From the NCBI GenBank assembly GCA_038087875.1, contig CM075989.1, positions 16,990,001-17,054,000 of the forward strand: a stretch of 64,000 bases of DNA. The letters are read 5' to 3'. Positions 24,000-36,145 of the stretch are shown in pieces (position 1 is the first letter of the stretch; each line of letters begins with the position of its first letter). The notes beneath the pieces were generated by a model, which saw nothing but the letters and a program-made list of their open reading frames with translations, had not been told where the DNA came from and did not search any database. Made by a program: the position numbers and the translations under genes. The stretch comes from Malacoraja senta (taxonomy: Eukaryota).

Positions 24000-25300
24000 C
24001 CTCTTATCGGTTCTGGTTGATTTCTTTTTATTAGAAACATCCTCCCTTGCTGAGTGTATGAGATACTGAGTTGACAACCAGTCAATGTACTCCACTCTCC
24101 CATCCATTCCTCTTCTGGTCAATTAATTTCAAGTGGTTGAAAGTCTACGTGAGAATTTAATGTTTCTTTCCTTACTTTTGCATCTCCACCTTCCTCCCAC
24201 TAACTGTTTGACTTGATCCCCCTTATCTATTCTGCTCGGCACATCCTCAAAGAACTCAAAAAGTTATGTTCCTTTCATAAATCCATGTTGACTGTTGAAT
24301 TGTATTATTGCTTTCAACTCGTTCTGTTATCATTTATTCCATTGGATATTTCCATCATTTTCTCCACCACAGATGTGAGGCTACGGGTAAGGTATGGTCA
24401 CAGTTCCTGCCCACCATACCACAGGAGCAACGCAGAACCTACAGAAGGTGATAACTAGAGGATCCACTATCTCAGAACTCTGAGCTGTAGATCATCAATA
24501 CCTGCGGATCAATTGGCTTTTAGGTTTACCAGCTTCTCCAGTGCTATTTTCTGACTAATACTTAGCGGCTTCAGTTCTCACTAAACAACTGATTAACCTC
24601 ATACATCCAGCAAGTTTTATTAAATCCCTCTGCCATTTCCTTATTCTCCATTTTAAATTCTCCTCTCTGACTATAAACACTCTCCACTTGCCTTTGCTCA
24701 TTTGTTCCTTTTTATGGCCCATAAAGACATTTACTGTCTGTTTTTATGCCTCTCGCCAGTCTACTCTCACTTTCTTTCTTGCTTTTCTCCCAGTCCTCGA
24801 GCCTATTGCAGTCCCAGCAATTGTATAAGCCTCCTCATTCGATTCAATCTTTAATTTGTAAGAATGAACTGCGGATGCTGGTATAAACCGAAGATAGACA
24901 CAAAAAGCTGGAGTAACACAGTGGGACAGGCAGCATCTCTGGAGAGAAGGAATGGGTGACGTTTCGGGTCAAGACCCCTCTTCAGACGGGTCTTTCATTT
25001 TTAAAATCTTTAATTTCTTTGGTCAACCGTGAATAAATCACTTTTCTTTTGGGGTTATTTTTGCCTGTGAGGAATTTTTCACAGCTTATTTCTTTACCTT
25101 TCCACTGTCTCAATTTATCATCCCAAACAACCACATTCATCTTGCCTTCGTACCTTCAGAATTTCCTGACTTTAGATTTTACTTGCATTACATCACTTTG
25201 AAATCCATAGTAGAGTCGCATCACATTGCAGTTACTCTTCTCCCGTGAAGGCTGCTTGACAAGAATATTATCAATCAACCTTTCTCATTGCACAAAACAA
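24000..25300 (-). mobile_element. Highly degenerate CR1 ORF2 fragment, with a Penelope-derived arm at ~24860-24990
   Basis: cctttcataaatccatgttgact and tctccaccacagatgtgaggcta resemble CR1 RT-proximal segments; no open frame. Confidence 0.5.
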
Positions 25301-26726
25301 GGTCAAATATTTATTTTATAAAGCTGTACTGTTAATCTCCTGCCCTTACATTTTACACCGAGGCTAATAGTAATAAAATACACCTCCTTCACCGACTTAG
25401 ATCCACCTTCAGAGATCCTTGGACTTGTTTGCCAAAGTCCTTCCGTTTTTGCCCTACCATTCACTTGCATGATCTGATCCCCTCTGAATCCCTCTCCCCA
25501 CCCCTCTGCATTTCTCTCTACAATCACCTTTGTTCCTTCTTTGTCTACCCCACAGTAAATAAAACACCCACCTGCCATCCAAGGTATGCAGCCATCATGA
25601 TAATGCTCATGCATTGTTTAGTTTATTGTTTATTGTCACGTGTATCGAGGTACAGTCAGAAGCTTTTGTTGCGTGCTAACCAGTCAGCGGAGAGACATAG
25701 GATACAGAGACAAAGATTCCCATCTCAACATTCCTGTACTTTACGATCTTCTGTGTGGGCACATTTAATCATCTCAAATCATTTTATCTCCAGTTGGACA
25801 GACAGTGATTCACATGGACTATATGAATGGCACAAGGTCCTCCCTCCTGGATAGACACAAAATGCTGGAGTAACTCAGAGCGACAGGCAGCATCTCTGGA
25901 GAGAAGGAATGGGTGATGTTTCAGTTCGAGACACCTTCTTCAGACTGATGTCAGGAGATATGACCACGTACTCCCATCCTGGTATCTGCTCCATCAACTG
26001 TGACATTAAAGGACTTTAATCACGAAAGTGAAGTTGTGTTTGGTGCCTGTCCATGCACTGGACCGGAGCCAAAACCTTTTCCTGCCTTCCTATCCTCTCT
26101 GTCTGAGTTTCTTTGCAAGCTGGCTGCTCTTACTGAGGGAAATTTAGAGACCACTTAAAAATAATCCTCTTTTCATCTTGGGACGTCGTTGAGTTAAAAA
26201 GTCCGGAGGAAATTGTAGGAAACACTTAGTTTCCTTTACTTTTATCTAGATTTGTTGTACCTTTGTTGAAAGGTTTCCTATTGTGTAAAGCAGTCTGCAA
26301 GGCTTGTCGCATTGCTACCTAATAGACTGAGCCAGTGACCTGGTCCTTCCAGGCATCTCTCTCAATCTGAGGCTGCCACCGAGTGCACCAAAGGTTCTTA
26401 CACAGCCTGGGAGACCAGCAGCAAAGTCATACAGCATGGAAACAAGCCCTTCAGCCCAACTTGCCTACACTGACCAAGATGCCCCATCTACTCTAGTCCC
26501 ACCTGTCTGTGTGTGGCCCATATCCTTCTAAACCTTTCCTATCCATGTACCTGTCCAAATTGTCCACTGAGGCAAAGGCTGGCTAGGTCATCCCTCCCAC
26601 CAGTAGTGAGGTGATCGATGGCTTGATGGATTGCAGGCAAGTCCAGTCAGTTTCGTGTTCGTCTTCTAGGTCTGCACAAGTACTTGAGAGTCTTCAAGGT
26701 ACAACAGAAGTCTTTATTACATTACT

Positions 26727-27821
26727 TTAATGCTGGCAGCAAGGCAAGACAAGACAAAATGGCTGCCCACACAGTCTGTCTATAGACAGGATAACTATGT
26801 ACAAGACATCTCCCTTTGTCCTGTGCAGCGCCACCTGCTGCACGGGAAGAGCAACGGGTCCTCCCACCCCCCACACAGACCACCCCACACAGTCGGTGAT
26901 CGGGGCCACACCGAGCACTTCAATAGAAATGGTCTCCGCGATTTGGTCGACTGTGTTTTGCGCTTTCTTGCCCTTTCTCTGCTGTCCTACGGATTGACAC
27001 ATTACCTGGAGATTACCTTTTCGGTAACAGGCATAACAAATGGACTTGATATATGGGCACTCACGGTGATGATGAGCAGTCGAGCCGCACCGGTAGCAGG
27101 GTTTCGATCCTCTCCCCACAGGGGGACGGCTCTTCTGAAACTGTCCCACCTTCTCCGGATTTGCTCTGGGTCGATCAACTGGTTTCTGGTGTTGCGGACG
27201 AGTCTGACGAACTGTATGCACCTCCTGAGGGAGCTTCGACGCTGTTTCGCCGGCCATTTTGTGCAGTTCTTTACTCAGCAGCTCGGCCATCTTAGCACAC
27301 TGTAGCACATTCTTCAATGAAGCATTCGATTCCTTGAGAATTGCCTGCTGGATGAATGCGTGCCGGCAGCCCATGACCAGTCTATCCCGCGACGCATTGT
27401 CTTGGCACTTTTCGCAGCATTGAGTTTTAAAATCACATGCCTTTGCCTTGGTGCGAAGTTCGGTAATCGATTGCCCTTCCTGTTGCACCGTTCGGCATAA
27501 ATCAAAGCGAGCTGCGAGGAAGTTTAGACTTTCTTCGAAATGCAGCTGCAAAGCCGTTGGGATTTCAGCATATGAGGCTTCAGTTACTTCTTCTGTAAGT
27601 AAATTTTGAAGCAGTGCAAATGTTTCTGGAGACATTGAAGAACACAAGAGAGCCTTCTTACTCTGGTCAGTCGTAATTGCCATACTGTCAAAATAAAACT
27701 CAGCTCGCATTAAATGCGATGACCACCTTTCTCGCTCGGGATCAAAACGATCGAATTGCAGAAAATAGGCTCTAATCTGGGTCTTTGGACGCAATCCGAA
27801 GAATCCCACTTCTGACACCAC
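26727..27821 (-). CDS. Gag-like protein (open frame 364 codons; first ATG at 27710 gives 327 aa), C-terminus read into the LTR
   Basis: FDRFDPERERWSS...RDRLVMG; zinc knuckle CYRCGSTAHHHREC plus degenerate second CYACYRKGNLQVMC. Confidence 0.8.
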   Translation of the reverse strand: MVSEVGFFGLRPKTQIRAYFLQFDRFDPERERWSSHLMRAEFYFDSMAITTDQSKKALLCSSMSPETFALLQNLLTEEVTEASYAEIPTALQLHFEESLNFLAARFDLCRTVQQEGQSITELRTKAKACDFKTQCCEKCQDNASRDRLVMGCRHAFIQQAILKESNASLKNVLQCAKMAELLSKELHKMAGETASKLPQEVHTVRQTRPQHQKPVDRPRANPEKVGQFQKSRPPVGRGSKPCYRCGSTAHHHRECPYIKSICYACYRKGNLQVMCQSVGQQRKGKKAQNTVDQIAETISIEVLGVAPITDCVGWSVWGVGGPVALPVQQVALHRTKGDVLYIVILSIDRLCGQPFCLVLPCCQH

Positions 27822-27897
27822 TTTCGTGTTCGTCTTCTAGGTCTGCACAAGTACTTGAGAGTCTTCAAGGTACAACAGAAGTCTTTATTACATTACT

Positions 27898-28992
27898 TTA
27901 ATGCTGGCAGCAAGGCAAGACAAGACAAAATGGCTGCCCACACAGACTGTCTACAGACAGGATAACTATGTACAAGACATCTCCCTTTGTCCTGTGCAGC
28001 GCCACCTGCTGCACGGGAAGAGCAACGGGTCCTCCCACCCCCCACACAGTCCACCCCACACAGTCGGTGATCGGGGCCACACCGAGCACTTCAATAGAAA
28101 TGGTCTCCGCGATTTGGTCGACTGTGTTTTGCGCTTTCTTGCCCTTTCTCTGCTGTCCTACGGATTGACACATTACCTGGAGATTACCTTTTCGGTAACA
28201 GACATAACAAATGGACTTGATATATGGGCACTCACGGTGATGATGAGCAGTCGAGCCGCACCGGTAGCAGGGTTTCGATCCTCTCCCCACAGGGGGACGG
28301 CTCTTCTGAAACTGTCCCACCTTCTCCGGATTTGCTCTGGGTCGATCAACTGGTTTCTGGTGTTGCGGACGAGTCTGACGAACTGTATGCACCTCCTGAG
28401 GGAGCTTCGATGCTGTTTTGCCGGCCATTTTGTGCAGTTCTTTACTCAGCAGCTCGGCCATCTTAGCACACTGTAGCACATTCTTCAATGAAGTATTCGA
28501 TTCCTTGAGAATTGCCTGCTGGATGAATGCGTGCTGGCAGCCCATGACCAGTCTATCCCGCAACGCATTGTCTTGGCACTTTTCGCAGCATTGAGTTTTA
28601 AAATCACATGCCTTTGCCTTGGTGCGAAGTTCGGTAATCGATTGCCCTTCCTGTTGCACCGTTCGGCATAAATCAAAGCGAGCTGCGAGGAAGTTTAGAC
28701 TTTCTTCGAAATGCAGCTGCAAAGCAGTTGGGATTTCAGCATATGAGGCTTCAGTTACTTCTTCTGTAAGTAAATTTTGAAGCAGTGCAAAAGTTTCTGG
28801 AGACATTGAAGAACACAAGAGAGCCTTCTTACTCTGGTCAGTCGTAATTGCCATACTGTCAAAATAAAACTCAGCTCGCATTAAATGCGATGACCACCTT
28901 TCTCGCTCGGGATCGAAACGATCGAATTGCAGAAAATAGGCTCTAATCTGGGTCTTTGGACGCAATCCGAAGAATCCCACTTCTGACACCAC
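27898..28992 (-). CDS. Gag-like protein, second copy (first ATG at 28881)
   Basis: Near-identical to 26727-27821, open frame. Confidence 0.8.
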   Translation of the reverse strand: MVSEVGFFGLRPKTQIRAYFLQFDRFDPERERWSSHLMRAEFYFDSMAITTDQSKKALLCSSMSPETFALLQNLLTEEVTEASYAEIPTALQLHFEESLNFLAARFDLCRTVQQEGQSITELRTKAKACDFKTQCCEKCQDNALRDRLVMGCQHAFIQQAILKESNTSLKNVLQCAKMAELLSKELHKMAGKTASKLPQEVHTVRQTRPQHQKPVDRPRANPEKVGQFQKSRPPVGRGSKPCYRCGSTAHHHRECPYIKSICYVCYRKGNLQVMCQSVGQQRKGKKAQNTVDQIAETISIEVLGVAPITDCVGWTVWGVGGPVALPVQQVALHRTKGDVLYIVILSVDSLCGQPFCLVLPCCQH

Positions 28993-29068
28993 TTTCGGGT
29001 TCGTCTTCTAGTTCTGCACAAGTACTTGAGAGTCTTCAAGGTACAACAGAAGTCTTTATTACATTACT

Positions 29069-30052
29069 TTAATGCTGGCAGCAAGGCAAGACAAGACAAA
29101 ATGGCTGCCCACACAGACTGTCTACAGACAGGATAACTATGTACAAGACATCTCCCTTTGTCCTGTGCAGCGCCACCTGCTGCACGGGAAGAGCAACGGG
29201 TCCTCCCACCCCCCACACAGTCCACCCCACACAGTCGGTGATCGGGGCCACACCGAGCACTTCAATAGAAATGGTCTCCGCGATTTGGTCGACTGTGTTT
29301 TGCGCTTTCTTGCCCTTTCTCTGCTGTCCTACGGATTGACACATTACCTGGAGATTACCTTTTCGGTAACAGACATAACAAATGGACTTGATATATGGGC
29401 ACTCACGGTGATGATGAGCAGTCGAGCCGCACCGGTAGCAGGGTTTCGATCCTCTCCCCACAGGGGGACGGCTCTTCTGAAACTGTCCCACCTTCTCCGG
29501 ATTTGCTCTGGGTCGATCAACTGGTTTCTGGTGTTGCGGACGAGTCTGACGAACTGTATGCACCTCCTGAGGGAGCTTCGACGCTGTTTCGCCGGCCATT
29601 TTGTGCAGTTCTTTACTCAGCAGCTCGGCCATCTTAGCACACTGTAGCACATTCTTCAATGAAGTATTCGATTCCTTGAGAATTGCCTGCTGGATGAATG
29701 CGTGCCGGCAGCCCATGACCAGCCTATCCCGCAACGCATTGTCTTGGCACTTTTCGCAGCATTGAGTTTTAAAATCACATGCCTTTGCCTTGGTGCAAAG
29801 TTCGGTAATCGATTGCCCTTCCTGTTGCACCGTTCGGCATAAATCAAAGCGAGCTGCGAGGAAATTTAGACTTTCATCGAAATGCAGCTGCAAAGCCGTT
29901 GGGATTTCAGCATATGAGGCTTCAGTTACTTCTTCTGTAAGTAAATTTTGAAGCAGTGCAAAAGTTTCTGGAGACATTGAAGAACACAAGAGAGCCTTCT
30001 TACTCTGGTCAGTCGTAATTGCCATACTGTCAAAATAAAACTCAGCTCGCAT
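29069..30052 (-). CDS. Gag-like protein, third copy (327 aa from ATG; stop just upstream of the ATG)
   Basis: Near-identical copy; TGG>TGA in the upstream in-frame leader. Confidence 0.75.
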   Translation of the reverse strand: MRAEFYFDSMAITTDQSKKALLCSSMSPETFALLQNLLTEEVTEASYAEIPTALQLHFDESLNFLAARFDLCRTVQQEGQSITELCTKAKACDFKTQCCEKCQDNALRDRLVMGCRHAFIQQAILKESNTSLKNVLQCAKMAELLSKELHKMAGETASKLPQEVHTVRQTRPQHQKPVDRPRANPEKVGQFQKSRPPVGRGSKPCYRCGSTAHHHRECPYIKSICYVCYRKGNLQVMCQSVGQQRKGKKAQNTVDQIAETISIEVLGVAPITDCVGWTVWGVGGPVALPVQQVALHRTKGDVLYIVILSVDSLCGQPFCLVLPCCQH

Positions 30053-30239
30053 TAAATGCGATGATCACCTTTCTCGCTCGGGATCGAAACGATCGAATTG
30101 CAGAAAATAGGCTCTAATCTGGGTCTTTGGACGCAATCCGAAGAATCCCACTTCTGACACCACTTTCGGGTTCGTCTTCTAGTTCTGCACAAGTACTTGA
30201 GAGTCTTCAAGGTACAACAGAAGTCTTTATTACATTACT

Positions 30240-31332
30240 TTAATGCTGGCAGCAAGGCAAGACAAGACAAAATGGCTGCCCACACAGACTGTCTACAGAC
30301 AGGATAACTATGTACAAGACATCTCCCTTTGTCCTGTGCAGCACCACCTGCTGCACGGGAAGAGCAACGGGTCCTCCCACCCCCCACACAGTCCACCCCA
30401 CACAGTCGGTGATCGGGGCCACACCGAGCACTTCAATAGAAATGGTCTCCGCGATTTGGTCGACTGTTTTGCGCTTTCTTGCCCTTTCTCTGCTGTCCTA
30501 CGGATTGACACATTACCTGGAGATTACCTTTTCGGTAACAGACATAACAAATGGACTTGATATATGGGCACTCACGGTGATGATGAGCAGTCGAGCCGCA
30601 CCGGTAGCAGGGTTTCGATCCTCTCCCCACAGGGGGACGGCTCTTCTGAAACTGTCCCACCTTCTCCGGATTTGCTCTGGGTCGATCAACTGGTTTCTGG
30701 TTTTACGGACGAGTCTGACGAACTGTATGCACCTCCTGAGGGAGCTTCGACGCTGTTTCGCCGGCCATTTTGTGCAGTTCTTTACTCAGCAGCTCGGCCA
30801 TCTTAGCACACTGTAGCACATTCTTCAATGAAGTATTCGATTCCTTGAGAATTGCCTGCTGGATGAATGCGTGCCGGCAGCCCATGACCAGTCTATCCCG
30901 CAACGCATTGTCTTGGCACTTTTCGCAGCATTGAGTTTTAAAATCACATGCCTTTGCCTTGGTGCGAAGTTCGGTAATCGATTGCCCTTCCTGTTGCACC
31001 GTTCGGCATAAATCAAAGCGAGCTGCGAGGAAGTTTAGACTTTCTTCGAAATGCAGCTGCAAAGCCGTTGGGATTTCAGCATATGAGGCTTCAGTTACTT
31101 CTTCTGTAAGTAAATTTTGAAGCAGTGCAAAAGTTTCTGGAGACATTGAAGAACACAAGAGAGTCTTCTTACTCTGGTCAGTCGTAATTGCCATACTGTC
31201 AAAATAAAACGCAGCTCGCATTAAATACGATGACCACCTTTCTCGCTCGGGATCGAAACGATCGAATTGCAGAAAATAGGCTCTAATCTGGGTCTTTGGA
31301 CGCAATCCGAAGAATCCCACTTCTGACACCAC
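30240..31332 (-). pseudogene. Disrupted gag, fourth copy
   Basis: Nonsense codon at 30703-30705 and a 2-bp deletion near 30466 (unit is 1169 bp). Confidence 0.85.
31312..31331 (-). promoter_or_regulatory. Primer-binding site complementary to tRNA-Leu 3' end (also 27801-27820, 28972-28991, 30143-30162)
   Basis: TGGTGTCAGAAGTGGGATTC one base after the LTR; plus strand GAATCCCACTTCTGACACCA is the tRNA-Leu 3' terminus with CCA. Confidence 0.88.
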
Positions 31333-31569
31333 TTTCGTGTTCGTCTTCTAGGTCTGCACAAGTATTTGAGAGTCTTCAAGGTACAACAGAAGTGTTTATT
31401 ACATTACTTTAATGCTGGCAGCAAGACAAGACAAAATGGCTGCCCATACAGACTGTCTACAGACAGGATAACTATTTACAAGACATCTCCCTTTGTCCTG
31501 TGCAGCGCCACCTGCTGCACGGGAAGAGCAACGGGTCCTCCCACACCACACAGTCCACCAAACATCACA
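31333..31569 (-). repeat. 5' LTR (237 bp), TG...AA termini
   Basis: Starts TGTGATGTT next to the TSD; TAAATA TATA-like motif; ATTAAA/AATAAA signals; ends CACGAAA before the PBS. Confidence 0.9.
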
Positions 31570-33004
31570 GTCAGTCTGACCTGAGAGGAAGGGAAGTCCA
31601 CCAGTGTCACAGTTGGTCAAATAGTCAGGCACTCATCCCCTTGCGTTCTCACACCTTGTTCACTTCTCCAGCACACTGTCTCCAATTCTAGATTCAATTA
31701 GAGTCGTAGAGTCATACAACATAGAAACAGGCCCTTCAGCCCAACTTGTCCATGCTGACCAAGATGCCCATCCGTACTAGTGGCGTTGTATTCGCATTTG
31801 CTATTTTTCTGCCCAGTGGACCAGGCCATCAGTATCCTCCTGCAGTCCTTAACCATTCCTCCTCAACCACTCGACCAACTTTGGTATCACACCCCCCGAT
31901 ACATAGATCTAACTCAGTAATGTATATTATACAAAGCACTCTGTTGATGCTGAGACCTATGGAACCCATTGGCACCAGCTTCCAATTACAATAACCCCAA
32001 CAGTTGGCGCCCTTTGTCCCTCTCGCTGACCCAGTTTTACTGATCCTGATCCCATGGGCTTTGAGTATCTTGACCAGCCTGGCATGTGGATCTCATGAAA
32101 AGCCTTGCTAAAATTCCTGCCCTGCTTCACTTATAAAGGTGTCGCGAATTAACATCTTTCTCGTGTTCATTTGTTCAGTCGCTGACTGTTTAAGTTCTTT
32201 CTACAAATTGTAATCCTCTAAAACTAAGTTCAAATGGCTGCCATGGCACTGCTATCAATCTGGCCAGCTGGCACGGTAAGGAATGCTTTGGTTCCATGCA
32301 TTCTAACGGGCTCTTAAATACTTATGGACAACGTGACATTTCGAAGGATGATGAAAGTGACTACCCAGTCAAAATTATGTGGAATATTGCAGTTATGAGG
32401 GCAATAAATTCTACTGACCTTTTGCAGATCATGAATTCAAAGTTCTTCTTTAATTTAAATGTGAAGATGGAGCTCATTAACTATTGAAACACTTGCAAAA
32501 TCCCAACACTGGTGCATATTTGCAAACCTTGGTGCCTATGATCGTTTTATACTTCTTGTCAGTAAATAGTACAACTAATCATTTTCTCTCCTGTCTCCTC
32601 ACCACTCCCTCCCCCCCCCCCCTCCCCCCTTCCATCCCTTCCCACGCTGGAAAGCAGGAGTGATCCATCCGGACCTTTGAGTCTTTTCAGGACTTTATAG
32701 AGTCATAAATTCCTACAGAACAGAACCAGGCCCAACCTTCTAATTATTTGTGTATCTGTATGCCAAGTTATCTTTGATTCTCTTTTCAGGGGAACACAAC
32801 ACAATTGTTCTTCCCGTCTCAGTGGGCAAAATATCATTTATTCAAAATGAAGACCAATTCATTGACCAAGGGCTGCCTAGATTCCAAGCCATGGTAGAAA
32901 AATGAAAACAATCTTTAGAAATGTGACAATAAAATAACTGATTGCTCTTAGTTATAATAACCTCTCAAGTTCACTTGAAGTATGAATAAAACAGAGGAGG
33001 GATC

Positions 33005-33380
33005 TCACTAAAACTTACAGGATAGTGAAAGACCTAGAGAGTTGGATGTGGAAAGGATGGTTCCAGCGACAGGAGAGTCTAGAACCAGAGGACACAGCCT
33101 CAGAATAAAAGGATGTACTTTCAAAATGTAGATGAGGAGTAGTTTCTTTTGCCAGAGCATGGTGAATCCGTTGAATTCATTGGTATAGATGACGGTGGAG
33201 GCCAAGGCATTGGGTATTTTTACGGCAGAAATTGATCGGTTCTTGATTAGGAAGGGCATCAAAGGTTATGGGGAGAAGGCAGGAGAATGGGGTTGAAACG
33301 GAACAATAGATGATTGAATCCTGGAGTAGACTTGTTGGGCTGAATGGCCTAATTCTGGTCCTATGTCTTATGGTCTATGA
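33005..33380 (+). mobile_element. CR1 LINE 3' end
   Basis: ggagagtctagaaccagaggacacagcctcagaataaaagg...ggttatggggagaaggcaggagaatgggg tail. Confidence 0.8.
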
Positions 33381-33924
33381 TCTCAATGGGCACAAACTTT
33401 CAAACTTCCAAATATATCAGCTGTGGTAATGAATGCCAGGGGAATGTTGCTGTTTGATGAGATAGGTGTAAATATGGGACCTCTTGCCTCCCCGTCCACA
33501 AAACTTTAAAGTGCCCTGTTCTAATGTCCAGGGTGAGTGAAGCCTCCTTAAGGATTTGTCACCGTGTTAATAAGATGACATATGATGAAAATGCTGATTT
33601 GTATGTTTTTTTAATATACGCATAGGAAAATTTATGAATCAATTAAACTTTGAAATAAAATAAATATTAGCCAACCTGGCAACTGTGTAGAATTAACATC
33701 TCCAGTCTGCTTCTGGCTGCACTCTCTGTCGACCTGAGCTCCTCCAACACTGTTGCTGAAATAGAAATGTTCTTGAAGATTTAATGTCCAGTGACACTTC
33801 ATTTAACAAATTCTCATTCTTATTTTCAAGCCTGTTCACTGCCTCGCTGCTCCTTATCTCTGCATCTTCATCCAGCTACAGACACCATCTGCACCCACTG
33901 CGTCCCACTACCTCTGACCCCTTG

Positions 33925-34225
33925 TTTAATTTAGTTTAGTTTAGAGATACAGTGTGGAAACAGGCCCTACGGCCCACCGAATCCGCGCCGACCAGTGATC
34001 CCTGCAAACTAACACTATCCTACACACACTGGGGACAATTTACAATTTACCAAAGCCAATTAACCTACAAACCTGCACGTCTTTGGAGTGTGGGAGGAAA
34101 TCAGAGCACCCGGAGAAAACCCACGCGGGTCACAGGGAGAACAAATTGCAGCCGTGGTCAGGATTGAACCTGGGCCTCTAGTGGTGTAAGGCAGCAACTC
34201 TACCATTGCGCCACCGTGCTGCCCA
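33925..34225 (-). mobile_element. Full-length HE1/V-SINE-type SINE
   Basis: Head revcomp gggcagcacggtggcgcaatggtagagttgctgcc; V-domain; (tttag)n tail. Confidence 0.88.
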
Positions 34226-35837
34226 AAGATAACCTTATTTGCTCCTTGGTTTCAAATGTCTCACTCCGAAACCTTGAACAGCTTCTTTTAATGTTTGTGC
34301 CTCTCCCTTACCCACTGTATCTGACCAAACTTTTCCTTTATGTCCTTGTGTCTCTTTCTTTAGCTTGGTGTGAAATATTTTGTTAAGCACCTGAACAAGT
34401 TTTAGTATGTAAAGACGTTAATGTTGGGAGCTGGTGGAGGAGAGAGAGTATATTGTTCCGTTCCATCAGAAAGAAACAGATTAGTCACGGTGGAGCATCA
34501 GCTAATGAAAGACATGTCCTATAGATGAGAAGAGCTTTATTACATGTTATTAACTTCTCATTTATCTACTAAACAATTTATTTCTCATAGTATTTTAGTA
34601 AAACGACCTCTCTATGTATATCGTCCTTTACACTCCAGCTATCTCATTCTGGATGTGCCGTTTTATTATTAATGCAAAACAGTGTTACTAATGAAAAATC
34701 TCGTCAATCCTTTCAGCAGTGTTTGCTGATCTGAAGTTGGAAATTTGTGCAACTTGACCTTGCAATCGACCTCAACATGATGGATGCATCTATGGATAAT
34801 TTAACTTTTAGATTTTTCTAACAAGTATTGTTCTTAAAGAACCAGCACACAAACCTTCTCTTCCTCTCTACACTTAGTGGGACTGAAGGCAACCCATTTC
34901 TTCCACCGTGTTACATCAAGCTGTCCATGTTGGTCCATAGACTGCTTCTGCAACAAATTCCTAGGCTGCAGAAGGGTCCAGACCTGAAGCATCTTCTTCC
35001 CTTTTCCTAATTCTGCCCTTCTCTTGCCCCTTGACTTGACTCTTGACCCTGATACACCACGTTACTCAGGATCACAGGGGGTTTGCAGAAAGGTGCATGA
35101 AACTTTATTGTTACATGCAAACCTTGATGAAAACAATGCGACCTGCAGTAGCTTGCTGATTTGCACTGGCGGGGAAGACTAGTTGTTCTTCCAAACCTGT
35201 AGGCGAGAAATTAATGCCACACTTCCAGCTTTCAGACAGCGAGTGCATTACCATGTACAGTGTGTGTTGGTCGAATGTATGATTGTGGCAGCCTGAAGGA
35301 AAGGATAAGGCATTAGCGAAGGTGAACAATGTTCGTGCTGTGGTCAACATGATCTTCTGCATGCTGCTTGTTCTTATTGGCAAGAACTTCCAAAACCAAA
35401 CCTACACAAAGTGCTGGAATAACAGCAGGTCAGACAGCATCTTTGGACAACATGGATAGGTGATGGGTCAGAAGAAGGATAGAGACACTGCTTACTTCAG
35501 AAGAAGGGTCCCAACCTGAAACATCACCTTTTCATGTTCTTCAGAGAAGTTGCCTGCCCTGCTGAGTTGCTCCAGCACTTTGTGTACTTTTGTGTATTAA
35601 CCAGATCTGAAGATCGTTGTTTCTAAACTTCCAGGTCCATCTCATTAAAGAGAGCTAAGCTATGATAATTTTGGATCTTCTTCTAGTTCTGATCCATTGC
35701 CTAATTTAAAAACAGAAAATGCTTGAGATGCACAGCAGGTTAAGCAGCAACTGCGGAGAAAGAAACAGAACTCTGATGATGGGTTATTGACCTGACCATA
35801 ATTCTCCCTCCACAGTGGTGTCTGTCTGATCTGTGGG

Positions 35838-36145
35838 TTTAGTTTAGTTTAGAAATACAGTGCGGAAACAGGCCCTTCGGCCCACTGAGTCTGCACTGAC
35901 CAGCAATCCCTGTACACTAACACTATCCTACACAAGCTAGGGACAATTTACAATTATACCAAGCCAATTAACCTACAAACCTGTACGCCTTTGGAGTTTG
36001 GGAGGAAACCAAAAATCTCTGAGAAAACCCACGCAGGTCACAGGGAGAATGTACAGACTCCGTACAGACAGCATCCATGGTCAGGATTGAACCCAGGTCT
36101 CTGGCTCTGTAAGCAGTAGCTCTACCACTACGCCACCGTGCTGTC
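35838..36145 (-). mobile_element. Full-length HE1/V-SINE-type SINE
   Basis: Same architecture as 33925-34225. Confidence 0.88.

Larger units (their letters stand above)
26651..31569 (-). mobile_element. Gypsy-type pol-less LTR retrotransposon as a tandem array: 5 LTRs and 4 gag internals (unit 1171 bp)
   Basis: LTRs start (plus coordinates) at 26651, 27822, 28993, 30164, 31333; TSD GTCAG at 26646-26650 and 31570-31574; PBS after each upstream LTR; gag with CCHC; no protease, RT or integrase. Confidence 0.95.

Noticed and set aside
26730..30816. Repeated 191-aa and 80-aa plus-strand ORFs in the array
   Set aside because: Antisense shadows of gag, repeated only because the unit is repeated; no recognisable motifs
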